The notes under the pieces: generated by a model
The model's database searches: none
What the model saw: only the letters and a program-made list of their open reading frames with translations
What the model was told of the DNA's origin: nothing
DNA from: Camelus dromedarius
Lineage: Eukaryota
DNA: 64,000 bases
NCBI RefSeq assembly: GCF_036321535.1
Contig: NC_087436.1
Coordinates: 41,294,001 to 41,358,000, forward strand
Direction of reading: 5' to 3'
Shown here: piece by piece, positions 10,566 to 23,459 of the stretch
Layout: every line of letters begins with the position of its first letter
How positions within the stretch are numbered: the first letter of the stretch is position 1
Position numbers and translations under genes: made by a program

Positions 10566-13320
10566 TAAGCCTTCTTTAGCCAAAAAAAGATGATTCCTTC
10601 ATTCCTCAGTGTGTAGACCAATAATAGTTCTACTGGAATTGGGTTGCTGTTCTCTCTACTGCTTTTAATCACATGGCAATAGTAAAAGCCACAATAAAGG
10701 ATTTCAGATATCCCTGACATACTCTTCCTTACCTCCACTGTGCAGTAGCAGTCCAATTTCCCTTCGGTAATCATCATCAGTTATCGAGCCAGTATAGAAA
10801 ATCCTTTTGCCTATTGATTCAGAGGCATGAGGAGTCCAAAATGGCCTTGTGAAAGTCTTAACTTCCAGGCTATTAAAACAATTGCTGTGTCTTCTGGTGG
10901 AAGCATTCCTCCCTTTGGAACTAAGACCTTTATGTCAGCAAAACATAAGGTCAGTGACAGGAATAAAAATTTTTGCTAGTGATTCATTAGAGGTAAGAGT
11001 GAATGGTGGCACTCTAATTTTCAAACCTTAATTCCTAGATCTTTATATCCCGGCTATGGGAGAAACAGTATTATATTTTGGACATTGTTTCAGACCCTAT
11101 ACAGCCTCTTGGATAACCTTACCCCAGCCTTGCAAGGCATTGCCCCTAGCTACCACAGTGACTGAGTCTTCAAAAAGCCATTCACAATTTTATCAAGCCA
11201 GTTGCTTCAGTATGGTGGGTATTATGATTAAGATCAATAAATTCCATAAGCTTGGGTCCATTCCCACACTTCATTTGCTTTGAAGTGAGTTCCTTGATTA
11301 AAAGAAAGACTGTAGAATATTATGACTAGATAAGAAAGACATTGTGTAATTTTATGTATAGACGTTTTGGTAGAAGTACTGCATGTAGGAAAGGCAAATC
11401 TATATCCAGAGTAAATATTTGTTTATTAAGAACAAAAGACTGCTCCTTCTATGACAGAAGCAGTTCAATGTAATCAATCTGACACTAGGTAGCTGGCTGA
11501 CTATCCAGGGAGTGGTGCCAAATCAAGGACCCAGTGCTAGTCTCGGCTGTTGGCAGACTGGGCTTCAGCAGCAGCTGTAGCCTGGTACACAGAAGTCTAC
11601 ACTGCTGAGCTCATGCATAAACTTCCATCCCTGACACCATGGCCAGGTTTTTCATAAGCTCATTGGGTAATGACAAGTGTGACGGGGGAAAGAAGCTCAC
11701 CGGTATCCATAGAGTAAGTCATCCTACTCACTTTATAATTAAAATCTTCCTCTACTGAGGTCACCTTTGGTGGGCAATGACATGGGACACAAATACCTTC
11801 ACTTTTTTTTTTTGCCATTCAGAGAGGTCTATCTATAAACCTATTCCCAAGAATTCCTTGTCACCAAATATTCAATCATACTTCTTAAGGGATGTCAGAG
11901 AAAGTGGCTATAGTGTTGATGCTGTTCACTTCTGTGTCATGCCTGTACATCATGCAGAAGCATCTGTAAACCACTCCCAAATTTTTAATTCCCTGTCAAT
12001 TGATGGAAGGGATCCCTTATGAGGCCACATGTGCAGGCCGAGTGTTATGGACTGAATGTTTGTGTCCCACCAAAATTCAGATGTTGAAATCCTAAACCAC
12101 ATTGTGATAGTATTAGGAGGCAGGGCCTTTGGGAGGTAAATAGATCTTGAGGGTGAGCTCTCATATAAATGGGGTTAGTGCCATGAAGAGATAAGACAGT
12201 TTGATTTTGCTCTCTGCTCTCTGCCATGTGAGGATACAGTGAGAAGAAGACCATCTGCAAACAAGGAAGCAGGCTCTAACCAGAACCAAATCTACCTTCA
12301 CCTTGATCTTGTCCGTCCTAGTCTCCAGAACTGTGAGAAATACATTTCTGTTGTTTAAGCAACCCAGTTCTACAATAATCTGTTATGGAAATCCAAGCTG
12401 ACTAACATACTGGGGTAGAGAAGATGGTGTGACAGGTGTGGAGACCATGGTCATTTGGGCCACTTTTTCATGTAACTTACTCGTGCCTTCAAGGTCTACT
12501 TGAGACTCATATATACAACTTCCATTCGATGATTGAGTGAAACATGGTCAACTTTATGGATTAATGGCCCCCTAACACCTAGTTCATGATTGGCAGCTCA
12601 AGTCTTATGGTAAACTGGTGCCCCATTGTTTAAGGATTCAGTCTCTACTGAGGTCCCACAGCAGGCCAAGAGTTATTCTCAAAAGAAGAAGAATTATATG
12701 CAAAGAATTGCACAGCTTTGCTCCAAAAGCCTAAGGACTTGCACTCTGATTCATCTATAGAGGCCAGCCAAAGACTCCAAATAGCACCCCAATATGCCAC
12801 TGATACTTCAAGCACTACTGCTTCCACTGTATCATATGGCCCAAGTGTCAGAGCTGCTTGCGTAGCAGTCTGGACCTTCTGTAGGGCTCACTCCTGTCCT
12901 ATGCCCCACTCAAAACTAGAAGTGTTTTATGTCACTTCTATAATGGGCAAAAGTAACACATCCAAATAAAGAATATGTTGTCTCCAAAACCTAAGGAGGC
13001 CCACTAGAGGTGTTGTGCTTCCTTTTTTGGCTTGTAGGAGGACCATCTAGAAATTTCACTGAAGTGGAATGCCCCTGAATTTTTATCAGATTTATTTCCT
13101 TTCCTCTGGGGTATCTTAGTAAGTCTGGAGTACTTGCTACTTCTAGCTCACTAGGTCCAATCAGAATAATGTCATTAATGTAATGAACCAGTATTATATC
13201 TTATGGAGGGAAAGGTGGTCAAGAGCCATATGAATTAAATTATGATAAAGACTTGATGTATCCGAGATAGGACCTTGCCAGCTGAAAGTAAACTGCCTCT
13301 AGTGCTTTTTACTAGACCCA
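10566..13320 (-). mobile_element. ERV-L (class III) pol remnant: RT, RNase H, integrase, dUTPase
   Basis: Minus-strand translations [15 protein letters not shown] (YIND at 13171-13182, decayed YIDD), VLEVSVA...LGFWSKA (ORF 12645-12827), WFTDAS (~11960), QIDYI (~11470) and GHFGLLMPLNQ...DYRREIGLLLH (10740-10846). Confidence 0.9.
12043..12409 (+). mobile_element. MaLR solo LTR (MLT1A0-like) nested in ERV-L pol
   Basis: Starts TGTTATGGACTGAATGTTTGTGTCCC, contains CTCCAGAACTGTGAGAAATACATTTCTGTTGTTTAAGC, ends GACTAACATA; flanks CCGAG/CTGGG may be a degenerate 5-bp TSD. Confidence 0.9.
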
Positions 13321-13598
13321 TTAGAGACCTAGGAGAGTCAGTGGTGCAGTTTCAGTATGATGCCTGGCAGGCAGAGACCCAAGATAGCTGATGGTGCAAA
13401 TGAAACCAAAATCAGTCTGTTGAAGGATTCCCTACTGCTCAGGGAGGCATACCTTTTCATTCTACAAGCCTTCAACTGATTGACTGGATGAATTCATCCA
13501 TATTATAGAAGGCAATCTGCTTACTAATAGACTACTCATTTAAATGTTAATCTCATTCAAAATTATTCTTCCAGTTGACATATAAAGTTAATCACCAC
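13321..13598 (-). mobile_element. MLT2-family LTR part (5' LTR of the ERV-L)
   Basis: GTTGACATATAAAGTTAATCACCACA is the reverse complement of the MLT2 start TGTG(A/G)TGGTTAATTTTATGTGTCAAC; same strand as and upstream of the pol remnant. Confidence 0.85.
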
Positions 13599-13599
13599 A

Positions 13600-13850
13600 C
13601 TGCTGCACCTCTCTCCCTCTTCTCTCTTTCAGAGACTCCAATTACATGCATATTAGGTGTTTGGAATTTCTACCAAAACTCACTAATATACTTTTTTAAT
13701 ATTCATTTTTCACTGTGTGTTTTATTCTGGATAGTTTATATTACTATGTCTTCAAGTTAACTCAACTTTTCTTCTAAAATTTCTAATCTACTGTTAATTC
13801 CAACCTGTGTATTTTTCATCTCTGATATTGTAGCTTTCATGACTACATGT
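13600..13850 (-). mobile_element. Old L1M ORF1-region fragment
   Basis: CTCTCTTTCAGAGACTCCAATTACATGCATATTAG...TGTCTTCAAGTTAACT antisense L1 ORF1 pattern. Confidence 0.7.
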
Positions 13851-13859
13851 TTGATTGGT

Positions 13860-14860
13860 GTGATTCTAATATATTATGAAGGTAAAGTCAACAGAATTTG
13901 TTGATGAATTCAATATGGGATATATAAGAAAACTCGATGCATTTTTTACAGAGATGTGTAGCTAAACATGGACAATTTTTTTTTCATTTTGCTTTTGTTA
14001 TTTTAGGAGACTCATAATCAGAGTTTTTGGGCATTTTTCCCCAGATATCTACTAGGCATTCAGTTGGAGCAACAAAAATCAAAGAAGCACTAAAGGAAAC
14101 TAAAGGAAAAGTTAGAGCTTGGAATAATTACAGTAACATGAGCATATAAACAGTATTTAAAGTCATGAGACTAAATAGCAACATCAAGCAAATAAATGTA
14201 TATATAGAGAATAGTAGCAAAGATTTAATCCTTATGTTGGGAAGAAGAGGAGAAACCAGCAAAGAAGATTGTAAAGGATTAGAGCCTGAGGCAAAAAGAA
14301 AACAAGAAAATATTGTAGTATCTTACAAGCAAAGGTAAGATATAAAAAAGGGGAGTGAAATGCCTTGTTAATTTTTAGAAGTACGTAAGGACTGAAATTT
14401 TGCCACTAAATTAGGCAACACAGAAGTCAACTATTACCTTAACTTTAGAGTTTCTGTTAATTACTTGAAAGAAGAGCCTGATTAGAGTGGACTTCAGAAA
14501 AAGTGGGTGTAAGGAATTGGTGACAATGTACATCAAAATGGTGAGTGAGAAATTTTGTTGCATAAGGAACAAAGAAATAGAGTAGTATACAATGAGGAAA
14601 CAGTTTCAAGAGCATTTCAAGATTATGAGGAAAAAAAATTTTAAATGCTGATAGGAATGCTCAGGCAGATATGAAAAAGAAAGAAAGAAAGAAACAAAAA
14701 CCCCAAAACAAAAAACAACAGCTTGATGATGGAAAAGAAAAAGAGGGTAATTGTTGGTTTAATGATTTGATTAGACAAGAAGGAGCAGAACTGTATACAA
14801 ACATGGAGATCCTGATTAGAGAAATGATGGGAAAATGTAGCTATCTATTCAAGAGATGAA
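13860..14860 (-). mobile_element. L2 LINE fragment
   Basis: GAAGGTAAAGTCAACAGAATTTGTTGATG, GTATTTAAAGTCATGAGACTAAAT and GAAGAGCCTGATTAGAGTGG match the purine-rich antisense L2 strand. Confidence 0.75.
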
Positions 14861-14879
14861 ACTAAGTCTTATGCCTGTA

Positions 14880-15480
14880 ATTGTCTTTTTTTTCCCTAAT
14901 ATAAAAGTCTTGCCTTAAATATTTTAAGACCGTATTGCCACATTTATATTTATTTTTAATGCAATATTATATGAGCTATTATTTTATAATACATAGTATC
15001 TCCCCAACCATTTGCACTACAGAGATATGTTTTCCTCCCATTTAGTTTTCTTATTTTCTGATATTAAAATCAGTAACTTAGTTTTCTTTTAGGTCATGTG
15101 TACCTTTTACACACCATCCATTTCTTCATATTGGAACTTGCTATAACCTTTAGATTTAGATGATTCTTCATTGCTGTAGCAACTCCTTGTATCATCAGTC
15201 TGTGATTTTCCTTCCTTTAGTTAGTGAGTTTTATCCCATCAATATTTATTATAATTGGAATCAATTAAGGACTTATGTCAATCACCATATTTGGTATTTT
15301 CTACACAATTTTCTTCCTTTGTTCCTTGCTTCTTATCTTCCATCTGATATATTAAAATTTCTTTAAAATATTTAAATTTTATTATTTATCATATATATTA
15401 TGTTTTTTCTTATGTTAGATTTTAAGATCCATATTTATATTTGTTGTTTCCTATTAACTTTCCAAATTCATTAATACCTA
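14880..15480 (-). mobile_element. Very old L1 fragment (ORF1/ORF2 junction region)
   Basis: T-rich decayed antisense L1-like sequence (TCTGATATTAAAATCAGTAACTTAGTTTTCTTT). Confidence 0.45.
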
Positions 15481-18379
15481 CATCCTTCCCTGAAAAATAC
15501 AACACCCCTCTGCTTCCCCAAGTTTCATATTTCTGTGTATGTGGACATTTTATAAAGCGTAAGTTATATATTTTTATATTATTATTTCTGGATTCTGTTT
15601 TTATGACAATAGATTTGTGGAGGAGAATCTGGTACTTGGGGTGTATAGTGGCTAAGAGAGCATTTCACTTTAACAATTTTTTGTGCCATCTAAAATTTTA
15701 CATTGTAGAATTTATTGTCAATTCATAAATTGTAGACATTTCAAAAATATGTGTGTATGAAATGACTAAAATATGTAAGAACATGTTATCTAATTACAAT
15801 ATATTCTCATTTTAATTATAGACACTTCATTTTCCCATTCTAGGTGGCTTTCTGTCTTTTGTGCATTTGTATTACAAAGAATATTGTCTCAGTGTAGCCA
15901 GATTACAATGAATATTTTTTATCTTAAATTAGAAAACTAGTTGATTTACATAATTTTTTTCTGTAAAATATTTCTTGAGACATATTTTTAGCTATTTCCT
16001 GGTGTAGACCTTAGTATTGCTAAATTAATTACATGTGATTTTTAGGTAGTAGCATCAAATCAAAGTTATTTTAAGTACTTTTGATGAAGTTTAAAAATAA
16101 TTTTAGAAAATCAGTATAAATTCTAAATTGTTTGAATCTTGTTTAAAAGGCACAAGTTAATCTGATAAGGAAGGGTGACCTTTCCAATATCATATTATCT
16201 AAGTTTAATAGACAGATAAAATTTATTTTCCCTAAGATTATGTTTCAACACCTATTTCCATATTGATTCACATTATAATCAAAGCAAAAAACTTTGTAAA
16301 GCTATACTTTGCTCCACACACTAAAAACAGTCACATAGATTTCTTATTTCAAATATACACCTCAAGTTTCTCAAGAACTTTTTCCCAATGATCCTAACTG
16401 ATTCATGGAGTTAAGTAACTTAACCTTATATATATTCACTTCTATAAAATTATTAAGTTATACAATCAAATTATGTTACTGATAATCATTTTCCAAGCAT
16501 TTTTTGTTTGTTTTTTACTTTAAGGGAAGACTTAGATTGAATTGAAACTACATTTTTGTGATTTAATTCACCATTTATAACTTTGTTAGTATTCAGGAGA
16601 CATCTACAATAAATAAAAGGATGAGCTATGAATCTCATATTATGGTTGTAAATTCTCACAAAGGCAACATTTCACTGTTGTATGAGTTGAATACCAGAAA
16701 GGCTTCCTTGTGATAAATTTATCAACGTCTAAACTCTCTGTTGAAATATGGCTGTTTTTGCCCTTAAAAATGTGGATCAATCAACGTTATTGAGGACTTT
16801 TCATCACTGAAAAAAATTTATTTATAGTTGAGACTTTGATAAAGTTTCAAAATAATTTAGTCTTCTCAAATTACTGTTGTAGTCAGAATTTCTTTGTCTA
16901 CTAAGTTTTAGAAATAAAAACTTACATCTATATGTCCTATTTGGTATATTATTTCAGTCATAATTGCTTTCTGTTTTGAGTTTATTAACACTGAAGAATC
17001 ACTGAAACAAATTCAAAACAATAATTGTTAAATAGCTAGTACACAGCACTTAACCAATTAGCTGTGGTTATGTGTAATCAATGCTAAGATATAAATTTCA
17101 GTAGTATGATGTGTAAAATAAATTCCCTGCTTATATAATTCTAGCCTTATAGGGAAAATACATGTAAGTGTACTGGGAAGTGCTTGCCACAGACCCTAGA
17201 GTACACATTTGTGTACAGATGCAGAACTGAGTACTATGATAATGACATATATAAAATAGGAATTTATTATACTTAACATTTTAAAAGAAAATTTTAGATT
17301 TTAAAGGCTTTGGAATAAACAAAAAGGGTATATCCATCTGTAAATATCACTTCATCTTCGGAAAAAAAAATCTTGTCCAGATAACCAATGATTTTGCATA
17401 ACAGAAAATATCAATGTAAGTATTTGTATCATACATGTATCCAAATGTTAGATTGAATCTATCATTTTAGCATTACTTCTTCTTTTATGAAGTTATTTTC
17501 AGAGTTTCTCTAACATAAAAATAATATTTTACTAAACTTTATTTTCTAAAAATTGTATTTTTTTTTTTACCACTAATATGTCATGGCTGTTTCTTTAATA
17601 CAAGTATTTTATGATGAGTTCAATTCCAATGATGTTCAAGTCATTGCTATAAAATAAACTCAAGCATCAATTCTTACTTATTAAATGCCATGATACCCAT
17701 CTGGTGCTATAACAAGTGTTATTATTCGGAAAAAAAGAAATTAATAAATATATTATTTAGAGAACAAAGTATGAGGAAAATATCCACATAAGAAACTAAA
17801 ATTGAATTTAATGATATCTCCTAAATATATTGAATTTAGGAAATCATTTTTTTCTGTAATTCTACTTCCTGTACATACATGGTTTATAATATTTTAAAAT
17901 TATATTTGGGGTAAAAAGAAATGCAAAAGTTAAACTGATTGCTTTTTCCACATTAATTTTGTCTTATATTTTAAACACTTTCATAGCCAAAATGGAATGT
18001 TAAAAAAGAACTATGTGATATCTTGAATATATATCCATAATTAGACAAATAATAAATACCAGTTTATATTATTTTTCAAAATATTCATCTTCTTTTGAGA
18101 TCAAAATTTTACTTTGAAATTTTTATGTAGCTATGCTAACTGTAGTAATAAATATAATGCACGATAAAATTCAGGTAAATAGAAATAGTGACTTAATATA
18201 GGCACCATGCCACATTGCATGAATAGTTAAATAATGGCTACACTATCCCAAAAAGCAGAAAACATAGAAGTTGTCCATTTTCATAGACAAGTGCAGGGTA
18301 ATCTTTTAAATCGTTCCTTCCTCTACTCCTTAGTTCATTTTTTTTTTAGCAATGCACCTAACTGATGATGCAGCAGACT

Positions 18380-18745
18380 TTTTCTGTGCCCTCATGATAT
18401 CACATTCCTCCATCTTTGATTTGGGATGCAGCTGTTACAGACAGGTCCAACTCTCCTTTCACTGACAATGTCTTAAGCAAAGCCAAGCATTTTTCCACAT
18501 GCTGCCTCAAAGAATTCTCTACCATCAAGAGAACTATTTCTCTCTGCATACAAGGGCAACCCAAAAATGTGGGGCAGTTAATCCTACCTCCCTAACTGAA
18601 AGAAGAATGAAATACAATTCAGCTTCCAATCTGTCAGGGTGAACTTTCTGGGAAACTTCTCATAAAATTCTTAGAGGTCCCAGATAATTGAGCCTTGATT
18701 GCCTACAGCAACAGCTTTGATGATACATTATATGGACTATTTCTC
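18380..18745. mobile_element. LTR16-like ERV-L LTR fragment
   Basis: CAAGGGCAACCCAAAAATGTGGGGCAGTTAAT and AGAGGTCCCAG...TTGAGCC...TTGCCTACAGC motifs. Confidence 0.6.
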
Positions 18746-18749
18746 CTCA

Positions 18750-19320
18750 TTTTCTACTGTGTTGTTGCTCTTTCCCTTATTGATTTATTTTGGTTCTTTA
18801 TATATTCTGCACAGAATATATTATCAACCTTACGTATTGCAAGTAGCTTCTTTCATTCTGTGGTTTGCCAAATCACTCTCTTAATGGTATTTTTTGAAGA
18901 CATAAGTTCTTGATATTAATGTAGCTCAATTTATCGATGTTTCTTTTATGGTTAGTACACTTAATGTCCTATTTAATATATTGTTCACTACTCAAAGTAA
19001 CTAAAGATATTGACCTATGATTATTTTTCAAAAGGTGCTGTTTTTACCATCACATTTAGGTATTTTTGCTTATTTATTTATTTACTTATTTATTTATGGG
19101 GGAGGTAATTAGGTTATTTACTTGTTTGTTTGTTTCTAGAGGAGGTCCCAGGACCTTGTGTATGCTAAGCATGCACTCTACCACTTGAGCTATACCCTCC
19201 TCCCCTTATGATTGTTTTAGAATTGATACTGTGTCAGTGGTGGGTGCAAGATTCATTTTTTATCTCGTGAATATCCATTTGACCTAAATTAACATATTTG
19301 AGAAAGCCATCAGGTCCTCA
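18750..19320 (-). mobile_element. Old L1 ORF2 fragment interrupted by a SINE
   Basis: TATTGCAAGTAGCTTCTTTCATTCTGTGGTTTGCC...TCTCTTAATGGTATTTTTTGAAG antisense L1. Confidence 0.7.
19063..19205 (-). mobile_element. tRNA-Ala-derived SINE (camelid Vic-1-like), long-tail form with B-box deletion
   Basis: Reverse complement GGGGAGGAGGGTATAGCTCAAGTGGTAGAGTGCATGCTTAGCATACACAAGGTCCTGGG-ACCTCC...AACCTAATTACCTCCCCC then TAAA-repeat tail. Confidence 0.85.
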
Positions 19321-19324
19321 TTAT

Positions 19325-19810
19325 GTCACTGCCTGCTGCGGATAGAAGTCCCTAGCTCCCTACTCAGCTTTTTTTGACATCTGGGCAGTGTAGGATAACT
19401 AGTTCTAGGTTTCTCAATTGGCCTTTGTTGGCATGGCTGAGTATGAGGCTAGAATTCTTTGTGGTATTTTGCATTTATTTTTCTACAATCTTTCTGTCTT
19501 GCTAGTTTTTTGTATTTCTTGTCTTTTGACTAGAGAAAGGAGGCTCTCATTTGGTCATTTTTATCTGCCTCTTTTGGCATTTCTAGGCTGCTGCACTTCT
19601 TCCACTCCAAGTCTAGGGTATATGAGGAAAATATCCAATTCAGGAAATTTATCTCTATGTTATTGCTTGGGTCCTAGGTCCTTTAGCTGGTCTGTCCAAC
19701 TTTCAGAGACATTGCAAGTTTGTGTTAATGTATAAATTCCAAGATTGTTCATTGCTGAAGAAGTGGGAAAATTATGTCTACTTTGTCTTCATAGAAGCAG
19801 AAATCTGACC
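19325..19810 (-). mobile_element. Old L1M 5' end fragment
   Basis: CCAAGTCTAGGGTATATGAGG...TGTCTACTTTGTCTTCATAGAAGCAGAAAT resembles an antisense L1MC/MD-type 5' terminus. Confidence 0.55.
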
Positions 19811-20640
19811 TCTTTTCATGTTTTTAATGTCTAGACTTAAACATCTTTGAGAGAAAAAACTCAGACTGGTATGTTCTCCACATCTTTCTGTGCTTCCCAT
19901 ATCCCTAAAATCTAAGATCTAGGTCAATCAAGCCTGCTACTTTGGCAAGTCTAAGATCCCCCCACCCCTTTTTTTTTTCCCCTGCTCTGGTTCACATTAT
20001 CACTGAAAGCTCAGTTGGATTATCACCTCTCATTGGCAACTCCGACTCTATAGCTTTTTTTCCCTGCAGCTTGGCACATGGAGTCAAACTAAAATCAGCA
20101 TATACACTCCATGTGCATTGGTTTTCTAAGATATTTTGGTCTCATTAAATTATGACTTCCTCAAAAGTTCTCCAATGACTCAAAGAAGTATTTTATTTTA
20201 GTTATATTATTACCAACATTTTTAGTTATTATCTGCAAGAGTATCAGTTTCTACCAATCACTGCATCACAGTTGAAAATAGAAGTACATCATATATTTTT
20301 TAAAATATTAATAAAGATAACTGTGAACACAAAGTACATTCTAAAATAAGTTAATTTTATATTAAAAAGGGATATATATGGAAAATAAGATTTAATACAC
20401 AAAAATAAAAGATCAATATTAACTGAGATATTTTTGGTAATTCTGACCAACTTAAAAATTAAAATAAATTCAGTAGAATTAAAAAGACTAAACTATACTA
20501 GGAATAATATAAGTTTTATACTGATACACACAACTGGAGTTAAAAAATATATTGACATTACTATTACAATATTATTATACAACACAGCCATCTTTATTTG
20601 TGAAACAAGGGAATAAAGGCTTAATTCTCTTAAAAAATTA

Positions 20641-21383
20641 AATATCTGGAGGAAGCTCTAATTTGAAAATATACATGCACTATTTACATGTACTCATAGA
20701 AGCACTCTTTACAATAGGCAACCTAAATGTCCACTGACAGATGATTAGAAAAAGAAGTTGAGGTAAAACTGACACAACATTCTAAGCTGACTAAAATTCA
20801 ACAACAAAAAAAAGGAAAGGAAAATTGCAGGATTCTACAAGTAAAATATATGATACAAGCAGAAAAAAATCAAAAAAATAAAAGCTGAAAAAAAAAAGCA
20901 GCTGTGGTATATACATATATACAATGGAAAACTACTTAGCCACAAAAAAGAGTAAATAATGCCATTTGCAGCAACATGGATGGACTTGGAGGTTGTCATA
21001 CTAAGTAAGGTAAGCCAGAAAGAAAAAGAAGAATACCATATGATATCATTTATATGTGGAATCTAAAAAACATGACACAAATGAACTTATTTACGAAATA
21101 GAAGCAGACTCACAAACATAGAAAACAAACTTATGATTACCAGGGGGAAAAGGGGTGGGTGGAGAGATAAATTGGGAGTTTGGAATTTGCAGATATATAA
21201 AATAAATAAATAACAAAGTTCTACTCTACAGTGCAGAGAACTATATTCAATACCTTATAATAGCTTATAATGAAAAAAATATGAAAAGGAATATGTATAT
21301 ACATGTATATATGACAGAATCACTATGCTGTACATCAGAATATAACATAACATTGTAAACCAACTATACTTCAATTAAAAAAA
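20641..21383 (+). mobile_element. Young L1 3' end (ORF2 end, 3' UTR, A tail) with a nested insertion
   Basis: CAACCTAAATGTCCACTGACAGATGA, GCCATTTGCAGCAACATGGATGGAC, ends CTATACTTCAATTAAAAAAA; collinear with 24530-25250. Confidence 0.92.
20766..20894 (+). mobile_element. Nested ultra-short L1 3' tip plus extra tailed sequence
   Basis: AAACTGACACAACATTCTAAGCTGACTAAAATTCAA + A tract, about 70 nt non-L1-looking sequence, AATAAA, second A tract; TSD-like AAAGAAGTTGAGGTA (20751-20765) / AAAGCAGCTGTGGTA (20895-20909). Confidence 0.7.
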
Positions 21384-23429
21384 GAATTATCATACTATAA
21401 ACTTTAAAACTGAGAGCAAAACTCACTATCAAATTTTGTACCTGTTAGATAACACAGTGCTTTAAATAAATTATAATTTACTTCCAAAATCACAATAGAT
21501 TCCAAATCAAAATAAGAATCTTCAGTATATCTTAAAAAAAAAATTGAAACCCCAATAGTATGGGGACTGCATTTTTCCATGAAGCTAAATAGTAGCTGCA
21601 TATTTTGGATGGAACATGTAGTTACTTGTTTGCCGTAGTACTGCCATTTCCCAATTTGCACTCAACATTGTGGTCAAGAGAAAATGTAGAAACTGGTTTT
21701 TTTTGCATTATTTTTTAGACTTTAAAAAAGACTAAAGTGAGAAATCATTCATATCTATATCATTATAAAACTCTAAAAATAAAATTTCTGCATAGAATTT
21801 TGTGTGTTATGAGAAAAATGAGCAAGAATGTGGTAGATTATAGGAACACAGGAATCGATAAATCCAGGCCACTTTACTAGATTATATTACCACTCTACCA
21901 TCTGTAGACATTTTTTAATTGGCAAACCTGATGTTAGAAAAAATAATACTTTTTTATGGAAAAATAAACTAAGGAATGGTTAATAAAACTTTAGTAAAGT
22001 GATTATGCATGAAGAAAATAAAGTTCACAAATAAACTAAAAAAAAAAAAAAAAACAAAGCCATGAGATTCAGGCATCTTTCATGGTTTACTTCTACTTAA
22101 GCTTCACGAACATGTAATTCCTAATATAATGTATTCTAGAATCATTCCAAATGTATTCAGACTAATGGATGATAGAGAGACAGAGCTGCAAATTGTTAAA
22201 ATTTTGAAGGTATTTTTTGAAAGAAAAGGGACAGGACAATTTCCTTCCAAGTTAAGTAGGGTTGGGGCTAGGAAGACTTTTAACTCTGTTTTTTTTTCCT
22301 GTTCCCTTGTTTACATTTTTACAAATATAAATTTTTGCTTTGTAATGAAGATAATTTCAAAATAATAAAAACTGTTAATTTTTTGATAAGTATCTTTAAG
22401 CAAGCTTACAGAATCCAAAGATAAGTATCCCCTAATATACAAAGTAATATTTCTATAAATATATAACTTTTAATTCAAGTGGAATGATTGCATTTTTAAT
22501 ATTATTTAATTAGAAGGTGTGTGATCTCAGTTTAATATCTGGGTCTAAATCTCTAACATGAGTGGCCCACAATGAATTTTATATGAATGGAATAGGTAAA
22601 AAAAAAAAAAAACTACTTAATTCTTATATTTAAACTCAAGATTTTAAGAGCAATATGACATACATTTACAAAAGAAAAAATCTTTCTTTGAATTTTCAAT
22701 TTTTGCATTACAGATATTATAATTTTATATGCGTATTACTCATTGGAGTGCAACTAATAATTAAATCATATAACAGATGTATAAATGCATTACTACATGA
22801 CAGAAGGTGACTGATTAAAATGCAGGTACTAGGCGGGCAAATGTGTATGTGTTATTCATGAGTCTTCCTGGCACACAACATAAGGAAACATTTCTCCCTT
22901 TATTTAAGTGTTAATCTCAAAGGACCTATCAGTAATTAAAATAAACACATTGTGTAAGTAACCACTGTTGAGATTCCAATTCAGTTTGTTAACTCCACAA
23001 CTCTTAAATCATCTGATGTAATTTTTTTTTAAATTCATTTATTTTTCCTGGAGTATAATATAGTTTTACTAACAGAGATTTCTAAAGGTGAATAGAACAA
23101 TCTTGTCTCCAAAAATATCTCTGAATAAAAGAGATGCCTTGTTAGTATGTTTTTATCACAAAACTGAGAATTTCTTTTTAAAGGGATGCTAAGTTTAAAC
23201 AAATAAACTGTTAAGCAGTTAACTGTGGTTAATGTGAGAAGACATGAATGGGATAAGAATTTGCAGATAAAGTATACTTCATCATTAAAAAGAACAAGTG
23301 ATTTAAATCGTCTCTAAATTTCATTTTATTCTAAAAAACACTACTGTGCTTTTCTGGACAAATTCATGAGTGTGTAAAGCATATAGTCAGGGTTTAATGA
23401 TTTTGTAAGCAGGTACACTTTATCATTTT

Positions 23430-23459
23430 GTTTGTTTTGTTTTGTTTTGTTTTGTTTTG
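23430..23459. repeat. (TTTTG)n microsatellite
   Basis: About 6 units read directly. Confidence 0.9.

Noticed and set aside
16711..16724. Palindrome TGATAAATTTATCA (paired GATA sites)
   Set aside because: Short and AT-rich; a plausible chance occurrence
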